From positions 75,011 through 139,010 of the forward strand of contig JAAYVD010000022.1 of assembly GCA_012517355.1 (NCBI GenBank): a DNA stretch of 64,000 bases. The letters run 5' to 3'. The DNA comes from Candidatus Rifleibacteriota bacterium (GTDB lineage: Bacteria > Muiribacteriota > Ozemobacteria > Ozemobacterales > Ozemobacteraceae). Each line of letters starts with the position of its first letter. The stretch's first letter is position 1. A program made the translations under genes and the position numbers. The notes beneath the pieces were generated by a model that was not told the DNA's origin, made no database searches, and was given only the letters and a program-made list of their open reading frames with translations. Shown here one piece after another: positions 1 through 11,200 of this stretch.

Positions 1-395
1 CCGGCATCCTCGCCGTCCATCGGCGGGGCCGCACCTCGCCAGTCACCATCGACGGCCGGCGGGGCCGCCTGTTCTGGGAAATCATCGGACCGCCCTCCCA
101 CCCCGCCGGGGGCTTCTTCCTGCTGCTGCCGGATGTCCCCCACCGGGCGCACCTGTCCCTGGCATGGTGTCTCGAGCGGGTAGCCGCCCAGTCCCGGGAC
201 AGGCTGCTGCCCGTTCTCCTGCCCGCGGCCCGGTTCCGGGAACGCCTTTCCCCCCTCTACCCGCGTCGCCGGGCCGCCCCCCAGGCGGCGGGTGCCGGCA
301 GGGGGGCCCGGGGCCAGACCTGGCTCCTGGCCCGGCTGGATCGGGATCGGCCGGACCTGACGGCCGAAAAGACCTGGGAACTGGCGGGCCGCTGG

Positions 396-2420
396 GTGAT
401 GAAAGGCTTCTTCTCCAACGACCACCCCTACACCGCCTGGGTTTGTACAAGCATTGAAACATTGGTGCCGAGTCCGGTACCCGGGCAAAGGAGGCTGCTC
501 TGGGCTTTCCTGGCAGGGTGGCTTGCCGCCGCCGCGCACCTGCTCACCCGTCCCGCCCGTTTCGTGTCGCTGCGCACCTCGTTCCGGGTCGTCTTTTTCC
601 TGGTCGGGGCCTTCCCCGTGGCCGGCCTCCTGGTCCTGGGCTGGATCCATCTCGATGCCGAGGCGGAACGGGACATCCAGCGCGTCGGTCGGGAAACCCG
701 GGAGTGGATCGGCGACCTCGATTCCAAGTCCGGCCGCGTCATCCCGAACCTGGCGGGGCTGTCCCAGCGGGCGGTCAGCCAGCCGGATTTCCTGCGGCGG
801 ATGGAGGGCTCCGGGCCGGCCAGCCTGCGGGCCGCCGGGGAGTCCCTGCTGGCCTTCTGGGCCCGGCATGGCCTGCCCGCCGTGACCCTGTTCCTGTTCC
901 GCCCGGGGGAGCCAGCGCTCGCCCTGCCGGAACGGGACCCGTTCGGAGAACCGAACCAGTCCCGCCTCGACACCATCGCCCCCCTCGTCCACATGGCCCA
1001 CCATGCCAACCATCCCCCAGGCGGGCCGGTGCCCGCCCCCCTGCTCGAAAAGTCCCAGGAATGGTGGGTGGAGGTCTACACCTCGCTGGGGGCCGACGAT
1101 TCCCGCAACCTCCTGTTCGATTTCGAGGAAACGGGCGATTTTGCCCAGATGGAGGGCGGCACCCGGGCCTTCACCATCTCGCACCAGTTCACCCGCCATG
1201 GCGAGGTGCGAGGCTATCTGATGGTCCAGGCCCTGGTCGACGAGGCCTTCCGGGCCTTCCTCGGCCGCCGGCTGGCCCGCGCCTCCCTCGAGCCTGGCCG
1301 CGCCTGTTTCCTGGGCCGGGTGGAGGCCGGTGGCCAGACCCCCGTCTTCCCGTCCCCCGCGGCGGGGGCCTGGCAGACCCCCACCGGCGCCGCCATGCAG
1401 GGGTTGCTCTCGGCGACCGCCCGGGTCCGGGCCGGACGTTTGGTCCGGACGGCCGATGCCCTGCTGGTGACCGGCCTGTGCGCCCGGTTCGTGCCGTTCG
1501 TGGTCGGGGTGCGGGTCGACCTCGCCCCGATCCTGGCCCGGGCCTGGTGGGGGAAGCTCGGTCTCGCCGCGTTCGGATGCCTGGTGCTGGGCCTGGTCAC
1601 CGCCCTCGGCCACCTCACCGGCCGGTTCCTGATCGATCCGCTGATGCTGGTCGAGCGGGGGTTGCAGCGGGTCGGCGGGGGCGACCTGACGGTGCGGGTC
1701 GGCCTGGACCGGGAGGACGGCCTGGGCGACCTCACCCGGGCGGTCGACCGGATGGTGGTGGGCCTGCAGGAGCGGCGCAACCTGGGCCGGTTCGTCTCGG
1801 GAACCCTGGAAATGGCCCTGCAGGATGGGCAGGCCGGCGTCTTCGATGCGCCGCGCCTGGTCCCCGGCGCGATCCTTGTCTCCGACATCCGTGGCTTCAC
1901 CACCCTGTCCGAGCGGGAACCGCCCCTGGAGGTCGTGGCCATGCTGAACGCCCACCTCGAGGTCATGTCGGACCTCATCGAGGGCCATGGGGGGCGGATC
2001 GACAAGTTCATCGGGGACGCCATCGTGGCCTTCTTCCCGGCCGCCAGCCAGGAAGAGGCCGCCCGCCTGGCCACCCGGGCCGGCCTGGCCATGCGGGCCG
2101 CCCACCGCCGGCTGCAGGATGAACGCCGGCAGGCGGGCCGGTTCCCCTACGAGATCGGCGCGGGCGTCGCCAGCGGGGACTGCCTGGTCGGCATGATGCG
2201 CGGCCAGGACCGGGCCGAATTCACCGTCCTGGGGCCCGAGCGGGCCGAGGCCGAACGCCTGGAAGGCCTTTCCAAGCTGGGCTCCTACACCCGCGTCGTG
2301 GTGTCGCCGGGCGTCTGTCGCGACCTCGGCGGGGAGTTCCGGTGGGCGGCGATCCCCAACCAGCAGGCCTGGGAACTCGTCGGGCCGGCCCTTCCAGGAG
2401 CGGGGGGGGGCGGCGCGTGA
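396..2420 (+). CDS. Membrane-bound HAMP + class III adenylate/guanylate cyclase. The reading frame stays open upstream to position 3 with no in-frame ATG/GTG/TTG, so the gene may begin before the window.
   Basis: Two N-terminal TM helices (LLWAFLAGWLAAAAHLL, VVFFLVGAFPVAGLLVLGWI). HAMP-like segment (LTRAVDRMVVGLQERRNLGRF). Cyclase motifs GFTTLSE and FIGDAIVAFF. No stop codon in this frame between position 3 and 396. Confidence 0.8.
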   Translation: MMKGFFSNDHPYTAWVCTSIETLVPSPVPGQRRLLWAFLAGWLAAAAHLLTRPARFVSLRTSFRVVFFLVGAFPVAGLLVLGWIHLDAEAERDIQRVGRETREWIGDLDSKSGRVIPNLAGLSQRAVSQPDFLRRMEGSGPASLRAAGESLLAFWARHGLPAVTLFLFRPGEPALALPERDPFGEPNQSRLDTIAPLVHMAHHANHPPGGPVPAPLLEKSQEWWVEVYTSLGADDSRNLLFDFEETGDFAQMEGGTRAFTISHQFTRHGEVRGYLMVQALVDEAFRAFLGRRLARASLEPGRACFLGRVEAGGQTPVFPSPAAGAWQTPTGAAMQGLLSATARVRAGRLVRTADALLVTGLCARFVPFVVGVRVDLAPILARAWWGKLGLAAFGCLVLGLVTALGHLTGRFLIDPLMLVERGLQRVGGGDLTVRVGLDREDGLGDLTRAVDRMVVGLQERRNLGRFVSGTLEMALQDGQAGVFDAPRLVPGAILVSDIRGFTTLSEREPPLEVVAMLNAHLEVMSDLIEGHGGRIDKFIGDAIVAFFPAASQEEAARLATRAGLAMRAAHRRLQDERRQAGRFPYEIGAGVASGDCLVGMMRGQDRAEFTVLGPERAEAERLEGLSKLGSYTRVVVSPGVCRDLGGEFRWAAIPNQQAWELVGPALPGAGGGGA

Positions 2421-5350
2421 AGCAGACCCTGCGCCTCGTCCTGTTCCTGGTTTTCGTCCTGGTGCCAGGGGTGACCCTGCTGTGGGGCGACCGGGCGGCC
2501 ACCCTGCGCCAAAGCGCGGACCTCGAGCAGGAAGCCCTCCGCCGGCTGGCCTGGCACCGGGACCGGGTGGAGGCTTCCCTGGATCTCGATGCCCAGGTCA
2601 ACCTCCTGTTCGACCGTTTCGGCGACGAGGCGCTCCGGACCCCGGGCCGCTGGGAGGCATGCCGGGCCTTCTACCGGCGCCACCTGGCCCCCGGATTGCC
2701 CCCCCACGACCTGCAGGTCTTTTCCTGGGCCACCGCTCCCCGACTGTTGTTTCGGGCTGGCCGGCCCCTCGTTCCGCCCGCCCTGTTCGCCGAGCTGGGC
2801 GCGGCCATCCGCCAGGCCAAGGTGACCGACCGGACGGTCGATCCCCCCGGCTTGCGCGACCGGTTGCGAAAGGCCCTCGGCGTGGTCATCCCCGTGTCCG
2901 TCGAGGTCGACCGGGAGGGCAAGCTCCAGGTCTTCCGGAGGCCGGAAGGGCGTCGCGGCCTGGTCTGGCGGGCCTTCGGTGGCACGCTGCTGATCGTCTG
3001 CCTGTTCGACCTGGGCGCCCAGGGGGAGCGAGGGTTCCGCCTCCACCCCACCGCCTGGGTGGAGGCCGGGGTCGGGCTCGTGCTGATGCCCCGCTGGGGG
3101 GGGCGGCCGGTGTTCAGCTCCTTCTTCCGCGACCACCCCGGGGCGGCGGACTTGTTCCGGACCCAGGCGGCCGAACGGGCCTGGGCCAACGCCGCTCCGG
3201 CCAACCCCGCCTCCGACCCCGGGCGGGTGACGGCGGCTCCCTTCCTCTACGGGCCGCGGTTCGCCGGCCGCCGGTGGGGCGACTGGCTGACGGGGCCGCC
3301 GATCCCCCTGCCAGGATCGGCCTGGCGGGCCTTTCTGGTGGTCCCGCTCGGAGGCGCGACGCCTCCCTCCCCCTGGGCCGCCGCCTGGCGGGTGCTGATC
3401 GGCCTGGGCCTGCTGACCGGCAGCTGCCTGGTCGTCGAGCGGACGGTGTTCGGGCGGGGCTTCCCGCTGACCGTGCCGGTGGTCCTGTGGGGCGGGTTCC
3501 TGTTCGTCTCGGTGCTTCCCCTCTCGCTGTTCGATGCCCTCCTGCGGTCGTCCATCGACCGGGAGATCGCCGACCGCCGGCAGGAGGTCGCCCTGTCCCT
3601 TCACGACGACCTGGTCGGCCTCGACGAGGCGGGCCGGCTGAACCTGGCTTCCTACACCCATTTCCTGAAATCCGTGGGCTCGGTCGAAGCCCTGGAACGG
3701 CTGTCCCGCCTGCGTTTCGATCCCGCCTCCGGGCCCAAATTCCTGGAAAAGAGCTTCCAGACCCTCTGGGACAAAGACATCCTGTTCCTGCACAATTTCG
3801 TCGGGGTTGCCACGGGGGGGCAGGCCGTTCATTTCGTCAACTTCTACAGCGACATCCATGCCGCGACGGTCGATGACCCCTTGACCCGGCGCATGGTCCG
3901 GCGGGCCCGGGAGGATCTGCGGCGGCTGGGGTTCGATCCCCGCGACGGCACCCCCGGCGGCGCCGGCGGCGATCTGGTGGCGGGCTACCAGGAGGACCTG
4001 GTGACCGAGGCCCTGCTCACCCTGATGGGTCCCGATGCGTATCTGGCGGTCCTGCAGATGCCCGAGCGGCTGTTCGAACTGCGGTTCCTCTACAGTGCGA
4101 CCTTCCTGGTCCAGATCCCGATCACCTGGCGTGGGCGGCTCTGGATGCTCGCCAGCTGGTTCTGGAACCGGGAAGCCCTCGACCAGAAGTTCCTCAAAAC
4201 CCGCCTCCCGGCCCTGCAGGACCCTTCCGCCGGCCGCTACCTGATGGCCTTCAACGGCTACCGTCACCGGGTCACCCCGGTGATGGGAACCTGGGCCGGC
4301 ATCCACGCCCGGCGGCGGATTCTGGCGGAGATGAGCCGCAATGCGCATTTTACGGGGGTCAATGCCCGTCTCGTCGACGGGGGGGATCCGGACCGGCCGG
4401 TGGTGGAGGCCATGCCCGGCCGGTACACCAACGGTGTCCTGGCGGGTTCCCGCGGCACCTCGTTCCTGGAGGAGGATCGACGGCGCCTGAACAGGCGGGC
4501 CGCGGCGTGGCTGGTGGCGTCTCTCGTCTTCGCCCTCGTCCTGGCCACGATCGCCGGATGGTCTTTCCAGAAACCTCTCGGGGAGCTGTTCGCCGCGGTG
4601 CAACGGGTGGGGGAGGGCCGGTTCGACACCCGCCTCGAAATCGATCGCGAAGACGAGTTTGGCTCCCTCGCCCGGGTGTTCAACCAGATGGTGCGGGGGC
4701 TGCAGGAAGGATCGATCCTGCGGCGGTTCGTCTCGCGTTCCGTCCGGGAGACGGTCCTGGAGACCGGTGGTGACATCCGCGCGGGCGAGGGGCGCACCAC
4801 CGACGTCACCATCGTGTTCTCCAGTCTCGCCGGATTCGACGAGTATCAGAGGACCCGGGAACCGGGCGAGGTGTTCCTCCTGCTGGAGGCACATCTCGAG
4901 ATCGTCAGCACGGCCGTGGCGGCCGCCGGGGGAGACATCGACAAGGTCATCGGCGACAAGATCATGCTTGTCTTTCCCCACGACCCCGCCGACGGAGGAA
5001 GGTCCGCGGTGGTCCGGGCCCTCACGGCGATCGGCCGGACCCGCCGGGAATGGGCCGGGCGCGGGTTCGACCTGTCGATCGCCGCGGGAGTCAATTCCGG
5101 CACGGTGGTGGCCGGGATCATCGGGGCCAGCCGGGTCAGGCTCGACCACACGGTGGTCGGCGATCCCGTCAACCTTGCTTCCCGCCTCGCCTGTCTCGCC
5201 CAGGTGACCGGAGGATCCCAGGTGGTGATCGCCGCCGGCAGCCTGGCCCTGGCGGGGCCTCCCTGGGCCGGGGAGCGGCTTCCCTTCCGGACGGTGCGGG
5301 GAAAGAACCAGCAGATCGAGGCGTTCCTGGTGCGGGAATTCCCGTCCTGA
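2417..5350 (+). CDS. Second membrane-bound HAMP + class III nucleotidyl cyclase. The likely GTG start at 2417 overlaps the upstream gene's TGA stop as GTGA.
   Basis: TM helix right after the GTG (LRLVLFLVFVLVPGVTLL). Large periplasmic region and a second TM cluster. HAMP (FNQMVRGLQEGSILRRFVSRSV). Cyclase core (IGDKIMLVFP, VVGDPVNLASRLA). Confidence 0.8.
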   Translation: MKQTLRLVLFLVFVLVPGVTLLWGDRAATLRQSADLEQEALRRLAWHRDRVEASLDLDAQVNLLFDRFGDEALRTPGRWEACRAFYRRHLAPGLPPHDLQVFSWATAPRLLFRAGRPLVPPALFAELGAAIRQAKVTDRTVDPPGLRDRLRKALGVVIPVSVEVDREGKLQVFRRPEGRRGLVWRAFGGTLLIVCLFDLGAQGERGFRLHPTAWVEAGVGLVLMPRWGGRPVFSSFFRDHPGAADLFRTQAAERAWANAAPANPASDPGRVTAAPFLYGPRFAGRRWGDWLTGPPIPLPGSAWRAFLVVPLGGATPPSPWAAAWRVLIGLGLLTGSCLVVERTVFGRGFPLTVPVVLWGGFLFVSVLPLSLFDALLRSSIDREIADRRQEVALSLHDDLVGLDEAGRLNLASYTHFLKSVGSVEALERLSRLRFDPASGPKFLEKSFQTLWDKDILFLHNFVGVATGGQAVHFVNFYSDIHAATVDDPLTRRMVRRAREDLRRLGFDPRDGTPGGAGGDLVAGYQEDLVTEALLTLMGPDAYLAVLQMPERLFELRFLYSATFLVQIPITWRGRLWMLASWFWNREALDQKFLKTRLPALQDPSAGRYLMAFNGYRHRVTPVMGTWAGIHARRRILAEMSRNAHFTGVNARLVDGGDPDRPVVEAMPGRYTNGVLAGSRGTSFLEEDRRRLNRRAAAWLVASLVFALVLATIAGWSFQKPLGELFAAVQRVGEGRFDTRLEIDREDEFGSLARVFNQMVRGLQEGSILRRFVSRSVRETVLETGGDIRAGEGRTTDVTIVFSSLAGFDEYQRTREPGEVFLLLEAHLEIVSTAVAAAGGDIDKVIGDKIMLVFPHDPADGGRSAVVRALTAIGRTRREWAGRGFDLSIAAGVNSGTVVAGIIGASRVRLDHTVVGDPVNLASRLACLAQVTGGSQVVIAAGSLALAGPPWAGERLPFRTVRGKNQQIEAFLVREFPS

Positions 5351-5644
5351 AGGACCCTCCCGACTCCCGGCAGGGGGCCCCTGGGCGGTTTCTCCCTCCT
5401 CCCTGGCAGACCTCGAATGTCCGGTTCCCCGGTGTCTCTTCCCGGCCGCCCCGCGTTGGTCCCCCCATGACGCGCGGCTCCTTTTTCCTCGTCCTCCGGT
5501 GCCTGCCCTGTCCGCATCGACAAAGGCTGGCCATGCCAGGGGGCCCCGACACCCTTCGCCCGGCCCGCTTTCCCTGCTTCCCTGCTTCCCCTGCACTCCT
5601 GGGGGGGGCTTGCCCCATGCCAGGTCCTGCCTGGAGAGTGGCGT

Positions 5645-7723
5645 TCAGCCTTCTGGGGGAGCCTTCTCCTCCGGGGCGTCGGCGACGTCTTCCCCGCCTT
5701 CCGACTCTTCTGAGCCCTCTTCGCCGGCGGCCTCGCCTTCCACCTCTTCGGAGCGCCCCTCATCGGCGGCCCCGCCTTCCGCATCGTTGGAGCCCTCTTC
5801 GCCGGCGGCCCCGCCTTCCCCCTCTTCGGAGCCTTCCTCAACGGCGGTTCCGCCTTCCCCTCCTTCGGCGGACTCCTCGGCCGCGGACTCTTCGGAAGCG
5901 TCCTCGTCTTCCCCTGCCTCGGCCCCTTCCACCGGGATTTCCTCGCCCGCTTCCCCCGTTTCCCCTGCCTCTCCCGGCGCGGAGGTATCCCCCCCCTCAC
6001 CCCCGGCGGCGGCCGCGGCAGACCCCGCCTCCCCCTCTGGGCTGCCTTCTGTGGCGGCAGTCCCGGCGTCCGGCACGGGGGCGTCCGGCTGCCGCCGGAT
6101 CTTGGCCAGGATGCCGGTGATGAGCGGCAACAGCTTGCCCTTCAGCGTCTGCAGGGCCGAGGGCTTGGCGGCGGGACCCCCGGCGTCGGCGTCCCCGGCC
6201 GGCGCAGCCGCGGCGGCGGCGGCCAGGCCTTCGCCGCCCGCCACGGGGGCTGCGCCGCCGGCGTTTCCGGCATCTCCGGCGTCTCCGGCCGGCGCCTTCT
6301 TTTTGAGTTTCTTGCGGGCGGCATCCGCACCGGCCGCCAGTCCGCCGAGTCCGAGGAGCAGGAACAGCCAGTTCTTCTTCGCCCACAGGGTGTAATACCG
6401 CATGGCCAGTCCCGGAGGGCCGTTCTTGGCCGTGCGGGCCTTGGCGAGGTGCTGCAGGGCCATGGCCAGATCGGGTTTCTTCGCGTTGGCCAGCGCTTCC
6501 GCCATTCCCCAGTTGCCCCAGGGGTCGTCGGGGGCTTTCTCCAGGAGCTGGCCGGCCTTGTTCTTCACGTCCTGGTAGTTGACCTTCTTGCCGTTCAACT
6601 GGCATTGGATCAACATTCCCAACCCCTCGGGAGTGGCCCCCGCCTCGGGGTTTTCCTGCAGCAGGCTCTGCAGATCGCTCCACTTGTCGTTCTGACGGAG
6701 TTTGCGCGCCTCGACCAGAGCGGCCTGCGCCCCGACCGAAGGCTCGGCCGGGCCGGCCGCCTCCCCCTCCCCGGCCGCCTCCCCATCGCCGGGTGGTGGC
6801 CCGCCTTCGCCTTCACCCGTGGCGGCTTCCCCGGCCGCGGCGGTGGGTGTCGCTGCAGGCACGGTTCCTGGGCCGGCTGCCTCCCCTTCGCCGGCCGGCC
6901 CTCCGGGAGCGGCTTCACCACTGCCTGTGGAGACTGTCCCGGCGGTCTGGGACGCCCCCCCGGGGCCGCTGGTGGCGGCCGGGTCGACGGCCGTCGCACC
7001 GCCGGCGGCATGGTCGGGAGTTCCCGCGACCTTGGTGGCGCTGGCCGCGTCGGTGCGGGTGGTCGCCACCTGCGTGTCGCGGGCGGTCGATGCCGGCCCG
7101 CTGGCGGGCGGGGTGCCGGCCGCGGGCGGCCTGTTACCGGGCGGCCCGGCCACCGCCGTTCCTGAACCCGTCGCTCCGGCCTGCGCCGTGGCCGATGCGG
7201 GGGCCTTGCCGGCGGTTCCCTGGGCTTGTGCCGGGGCCGGGGGTTTGCTCCCGGCCCCGGCCGTCATCGGGGGCGAGGCGGTGCCGGCCGGCCCCGTGGC
7301 CACCCCGGGAAATGGCAAGCGGGCCGGGGCGGATCCGGCCGGCCGGCTCCTGGAAGCGATGGAGCCCGGTTCCAGAGCCTCGGCGGTGGCAGACCCCGGC
7401 CGCGTGAGGCGGAGCCCATTGGTGGCCTCGCCGTGGGCCGCGGCCTGTTTGAGGGAGCCGGTCCCGGTGGGGGCTCTGGCGGGGGTTCTGGTGGGGTGCC
7501 GGCCGGCCGCGGGCGGCGGTTCGACCGGCAGGGGAAGCGGAACGGGATCCTTGGACCGGAGGTCGATGGAGCGGGAGGCGGTTCCCGGGTAGACCACGGT
7601 GGGCGGGGGCAGGTCGCGCAACAGCCGGCGGGGGTCATCCCTTCCCGGAAATCCCCCTTCGGCCGCCGACCAGCCGAGGACCACGATCAGCAGCAGGGCC
7701 GCGACCGTCCGGACTTCCCTCAT
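5645..7723 (-). CDS. Secreted/membrane-anchored hypothetical protein. It has a signal peptide, a Pro/Ala/Thr/Gly-rich region, a TPR-like segment, one TM helix and a poly-acidic C-terminal tail. I placed the start at the ATG whose ATGA overlaps the rnhA stop.
   Basis: [23 protein letters not shown] signal peptide begins exactly at the rnhA stop (ATGA overlap). TM helix [17 protein letters not shown]-terminal E/G/S-rich tail. The listed 986-aa ORF extension over rnhA is in another frame and is spurious. Confidence 0.55.
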   Translation of the reverse strand: MREVRTVAALLLIVVLGWSAAEGGFPGRDDPRRLLRDLPPPTVVYPGTASRSIDLRSKDPVPLPLPVEPPPAAGRHPTRTPARAPTGTGSLKQAAAHGEATNGLRLTRPGSATAEALEPGSIASRSRPAGSAPARLPFPGVATGPAGTASPPMTAGAGSKPPAPAQAQGTAGKAPASATAQAGATGSGTAVAGPPGNRPPAAGTPPASGPASTARDTQVATTRTDAASATKVAGTPDHAAGGATAVDPAATSGPGGASQTAGTVSTGSGEAAPGGPAGEGEAAGPGTVPAATPTAAAGEAATGEGEGGPPPGDGEAAGEGEAAGPAEPSVGAQAALVEARKLRQNDKWSDLQSLLQENPEAGATPEGLGMLIQCQLNGKKVNYQDVKNKAGQLLEKAPDDPWGNWGMAEALANAKKPDLAMALQHLAKARTAKNGPPGLAMRYYTLWAKKNWLFLLLGLGGLAAGADAARKKLKKKAPAGDAGDAGNAGGAAPVAGGEGLAAAAAAAPAGDADAGGPAAKPSALQTLKGKLLPLITGILAKIRRQPDAPVPDAGTAATEGSPEGEAGSAAAAAGGEGGDTSAPGEAGETGEAGEEIPVEGAEAGEDEDASEESAAEESAEGGEGGTAVEEGSEEGEGGAAGEEGSNDAEGGAADEGRSEEVEGEAAGEEGSEESEGGEDVADAPEEKAPPEG

Positions 7724-8208
7724 CGGCCCCCCGGTCGCCGCCCCGCCGCCGCGCGGTCCCGCGCCGCCACGGCCAGCCGGTCGCAGCGCTCGTTCTCGGC
7801 GTGGCCGGCGTGTCCCTTGATCCACCGCCAGGTCACGGTGTGTCGGGCCGTCAGCTGCAGCAGTTCCTCCCACAGGTCGCGGTTCTTCACCGGGCTCCGG
7901 CCCGACGTCCGCCACCCGTTCCGCTGCCAGTTCTCCAGCCAGCCGTCGTTGAAGGCCTTGGCCAGATACTGGCTGTCGGTCTGGATCACCACCCGGCAGG
8001 GTTCCTTCAGGCAGCGCAGGGCTTCGAGACAGGCGGTCAGTTCCATCCGGTTGTTGGTGGAATCGGGCTCGCCGCCGGAAATCTCCCGTTCCTTGTCCTG
8101 GTAGCGGAGGATGGCCCCCCAGCCGCCCGGCCCGGGGTTGCCCAGGCAGGCGCCGTCGCAGAAGATCTCGACGGTCTTGCGGTGGTCGGTGGCGGTCGGC
8201 CGGTTCAT
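7720..8208 (-). CDS. rnhA: Ribonuclease HI
   Basis: [23 protein letters not shown]...[21 protein letters not shown]...IQTDSQYL...[15 protein letters not shown] are the canonical RNase H catalytic motifs (DEDD). GGAG Shine-Dalgarno 7 nt upstream, inside the end of the giant gene. Confidence 0.9.
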   Translation of the reverse strand: MNRPTATDHRKTVEIFCDGACLGNPGPGGWGAILRYQDKEREISGGEPDSTNNRMELTACLEALRCLKEPCRVVIQTDSQYLAKAFNDGWLENWQRNGWRTSGRSPVKNRDLWEELLQLTARHTVTWRWIKGHAGHAENERCDRLAVAARDRAAAGRRPGGR

Positions 8209-8211
8209 GGT

Positions 8212-11200
8212 CTACTCCGAGGACCAGACATCGTTGAGAGGCCCCAGGTTGGTCTCGCCCCCGGTGACGACCATCCGGCCGTCGTGGACGGCAGCCCCGG
8301 CCCTGGCACGGCCTTCGAAGCGGGCCGGGCCGGCGGGGGCGTTGTCGAGGACCCGCGTCCAGGTCGTGCCGTCCGGGGTCGACCAGACGTCGTTCAGGTA
8401 GGTCTCCCAGCCGTCGGTGTCCCTGCCGATGCCCCCGATCAGCCAGGCGTTGTTCTTGTGGAACAGGAGGGCCGCCCCATACCGGGCGGAATACCCGGCC
8501 TGTTCGGCGACCCGGTTCCAGACCGCGCCGGTGGTGGTCACCCAGGCGTCGCCCAGGGGACCGGTGACCCCCGCCGCGTTGGTTCCGTAGCCGCCGAAGA
8601 CCCACAGTCGCCCGCCGAGCACGGCAGCCGTGGGGTACATCCGGGGGAAATAGCTGACCGAACTGGGAACCTCGGTCCAGCGCACCCCGTCGGTCGAGGT
8701 CCAGGCGTCGCCGAGCAGCACCACGTTGCCGTCAGGATCATAAGCCCGGCCGCCCAGCAGCCACATCTTCCCGTCGTAGGCGACGGCGGTGGCATACCCC
8801 CTGGCCCAGAAATCGGCCGAGGTCGTGGCCACCGTCCAGGACACGCCGTCGGTGGTATACCAGGCGTCGTCCATCACGTCGATGCCCGTGGCCGTCTCGA
8901 CCTCTCCGCCGATCACCCAGAGCCGATTGTCATAGACCAGGCAGGCATGCCCGGCCCGCGGCGAGAACCGACCGGGGGCCGTGGGGGCGTCGGCGGCGAC
9001 CTCGGTCCAGGTCTTGCCGTCGTCCGACCGCCAGACATCGTTGCGGAACGCCCCGTCGTTGCCCCCGATGAGCCACAGGGAACCCCCGAAGGAAACGACG
9101 GCGTGGTCCTGGCGTTCGGAAAAATGGCTGCCGAGCGGATCGTCGGGCAGGTCACAGCGCCAGGCCGCCCCTTCCAGGCCGCGGGTGGTGAACGTCCAGG
9201 AATAGGGGGAGGCCAGGGAGTTGCCGCGCTCGTCGGTGGCGGCGGTGGTGATGGTCACGGTGCAGGCGGTGGAGATGGGCAATGGCCCGGCCGGAGTGAA
9301 CTCCAGGGTGCGGTCCTGCCAGGCGAACGAGCCCGGAACGGCCGTTCCCCCCGCCGTCAGCCGGAAGGCCGCTTCGGTGGTGGCCCGGTTCATGGTCTTG
9401 GAGAAGGTCACCGCGACCCTGGTGTTGGTGGCGATCCCTTCCGCGCCGGGGGTCGGGAATTCGCTCCCCGCGACCACCCGGGGACGGGCTTCGGTGGTGA
9501 ATGCCGTGGAAACGGCTGTCACCAGCGCGGTTCCGGTGGCGTCACGAGCCGTGACCCCGACGGTCGCCTCGTAGGCCGTGGCATACGACAGCGAGGCGGG
9601 GAAGGTGACGCTCAGGGTGGTGTCGCCGGCCGACCACGCGAAGGCGGGCGCGTCGACCACCGGTTGGATGGTGAACGCCCCCGCCGTGGAGGCCCGGTCC
9701 ATGGCCCGGTCGAAGATGAAGACGATCGGGGCCTGCCGGGCCACCTCGACGGCCCCTGGCGCCGGCGACAGGCTCACGACCTGGGGGGCGGTCACCGCGA
9801 CGGTCCGGAAGGAGAACCCGGTGACCCCGGTCAGGGGGCCGCCATAGACGTCGCGTGCCCCGGCGGCCACGGTCACCTGGTAGGTCTGGTTCGCGGCGAA
9901 CGCCGATCCAAACGCGATCGACAACCTGGTGCCGCTGGCATTCCAGGTCTGGGTGAGGGTTCCGGCCGGCGCTGGGCTGAAGCCGACCGTCACGGTATCG
10001 ACCACCATCGGGTTGGAAAACTCGAGGACCACGGGAGAAAGCAGCGGCACCGCGGTCTGCCCGTCGACGGGGCTGGTCGAGGCCAGGCGGAGGGCCGGGG
10101 CGGGAACCGTCTGGAACGTCGAGGAGAAGCGCGTGGCGAGGGCATTGTCGCGGGTGTCGCGGGCGGTGGTGTCCACGGTCACGCCCAGCGTGGCGGAGGC
10201 CGGCAGGGGCGATCCCGGGCGGAACACCTGGGTCAGGCCCTCCCACGAGAAGGTTCCGGTGATGGGGCCCGTCCCGGCCACCAGGCTGAAGGCCTGCTCG
10301 GCGGCGAGGTGGTTCATCTCTTTGTTGAACTGCACGCGGATCGTCGCGTCGGTGGCGATGCCGGTCGCCCCCGCCGCCGGCGTGACGGCCGCCACGGCCG
10401 GCGCCGCCTCGGTGGTGAAGGTGGCGAGGAAGGGTACGGCCAGGCGGCTTCCGGTCATTGACGTGGCCGCGGTGGTCACGGTGACTCCGTGGGCCTGGCC
10501 GAAGGGCAGGGGCGCGGGCCACTGCAGGGTGAGCCGGGTCCAGTCGGCAGACCACGTGCGGACCGGGGTTCCCGCCGGGGGCGGGGCGACGGTCACGGCG
10601 CTCTCCACGGAGGCCGTCGCCATGGGGGCGTCGAACCGCAGGGTGATCGCGGTGGCGACGGGCACGTCGGCGGCGTCGGGGAGCGGTGTCATGGCGATCA
10701 CCCGGGGCCCGGCGATGGCCTGGGTGGTGAAGGAGAGGGAAAACGCGCTTCCCAGGAGGTTCCCGGCGGTGTCCGCCGCGGTGGCGGGGACGGTGACGGT
10801 GAGAAGGGTGCCGCCCGGCCAGCCGCCTGGCTGGCTGAGGGTGAGGACGGTGCCGTCCGCCGACCAGCTCCGGACCGGGGTCGGACCGGCGGGGCTGACG
10901 GCGACGGCCACGGTGGGCGACGCCATGGGCTTGGAAAACGTGACGGTCACCGCGCTGTCCACGGCGACCCCGGTTGCCCCGGCCGCGGGGGAACCACCCG
11001 TCACCGTCGGCGGGGCCGACCGAACCGTGGCGAATCCCGTGGTGAAGACGGTCCCGAGGGTGAGGCCGAGGCGGTCGGGGGCGGCGGCCCCGACGGTCAC
11101 GGCGATCGTGCCGTCCACCGGCAGGGGGCCGGTGGGCCGGAAGGTCATGGTGGAGCCACTCCAGGAGAAGCTGCCGCCCACCGCCGCGCTGTTGGCGGTC

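Noticed and set aside
82-462. Small ORFs 82-462 (-) and 164-457 (+) at the left edge
   Set aside because: They are Pro/Gly/Arg-rich and overlap the open frame that continues into the first cyclase gene, so they are most likely non-coding shadows.
2402-2410. G9 homopolymer at the cyclase-1/cyclase-2 junction, and other 8-9-nt G/C runs (5596-5603, 50424-50431), as phase-variation sites
   Set aside because: At about 35% G, runs of 8-9 are expected several times by chance in 64 kb. Only the G11 in the 51510 gene is long enough to mention, and that one only weakly.
2285-5596. 1,103-aa ORF on the minus strand, antisense to the second cyclase gene. Similar long antisense or out-of-frame ORFs occur at 518-2122, 2482-3876, 7801-10461, 9929-12031, 12910-15096, 14204-15520, 17940-20114, 19339-21465, 22727-24019, 44806-46008, 46263-48026, 48622-50124 and 61208-63988.
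   Set aside because: They are shadow ORFs caused by about 70% GC and GC3 bias. Their translations are dominated by Arg/Gly/Pro/His/Ala runs with no recognisable motifs. The opposite-strand or other-frame ORFs carry clear domain signatures (cyclase, Ig repeats, secretin, TolB, HflX, TPR).
7720-8605. N-terminal 290 aa of the 986-aa ORF 5645-8605, overlapping rnhA and the end of the giant gene
   Set aside because: rnhA occupies the same DNA in another frame with canonical RNase H motifs. The downstream protein has a clean signal peptide starting at the ATG that overlaps the rnhA stop.
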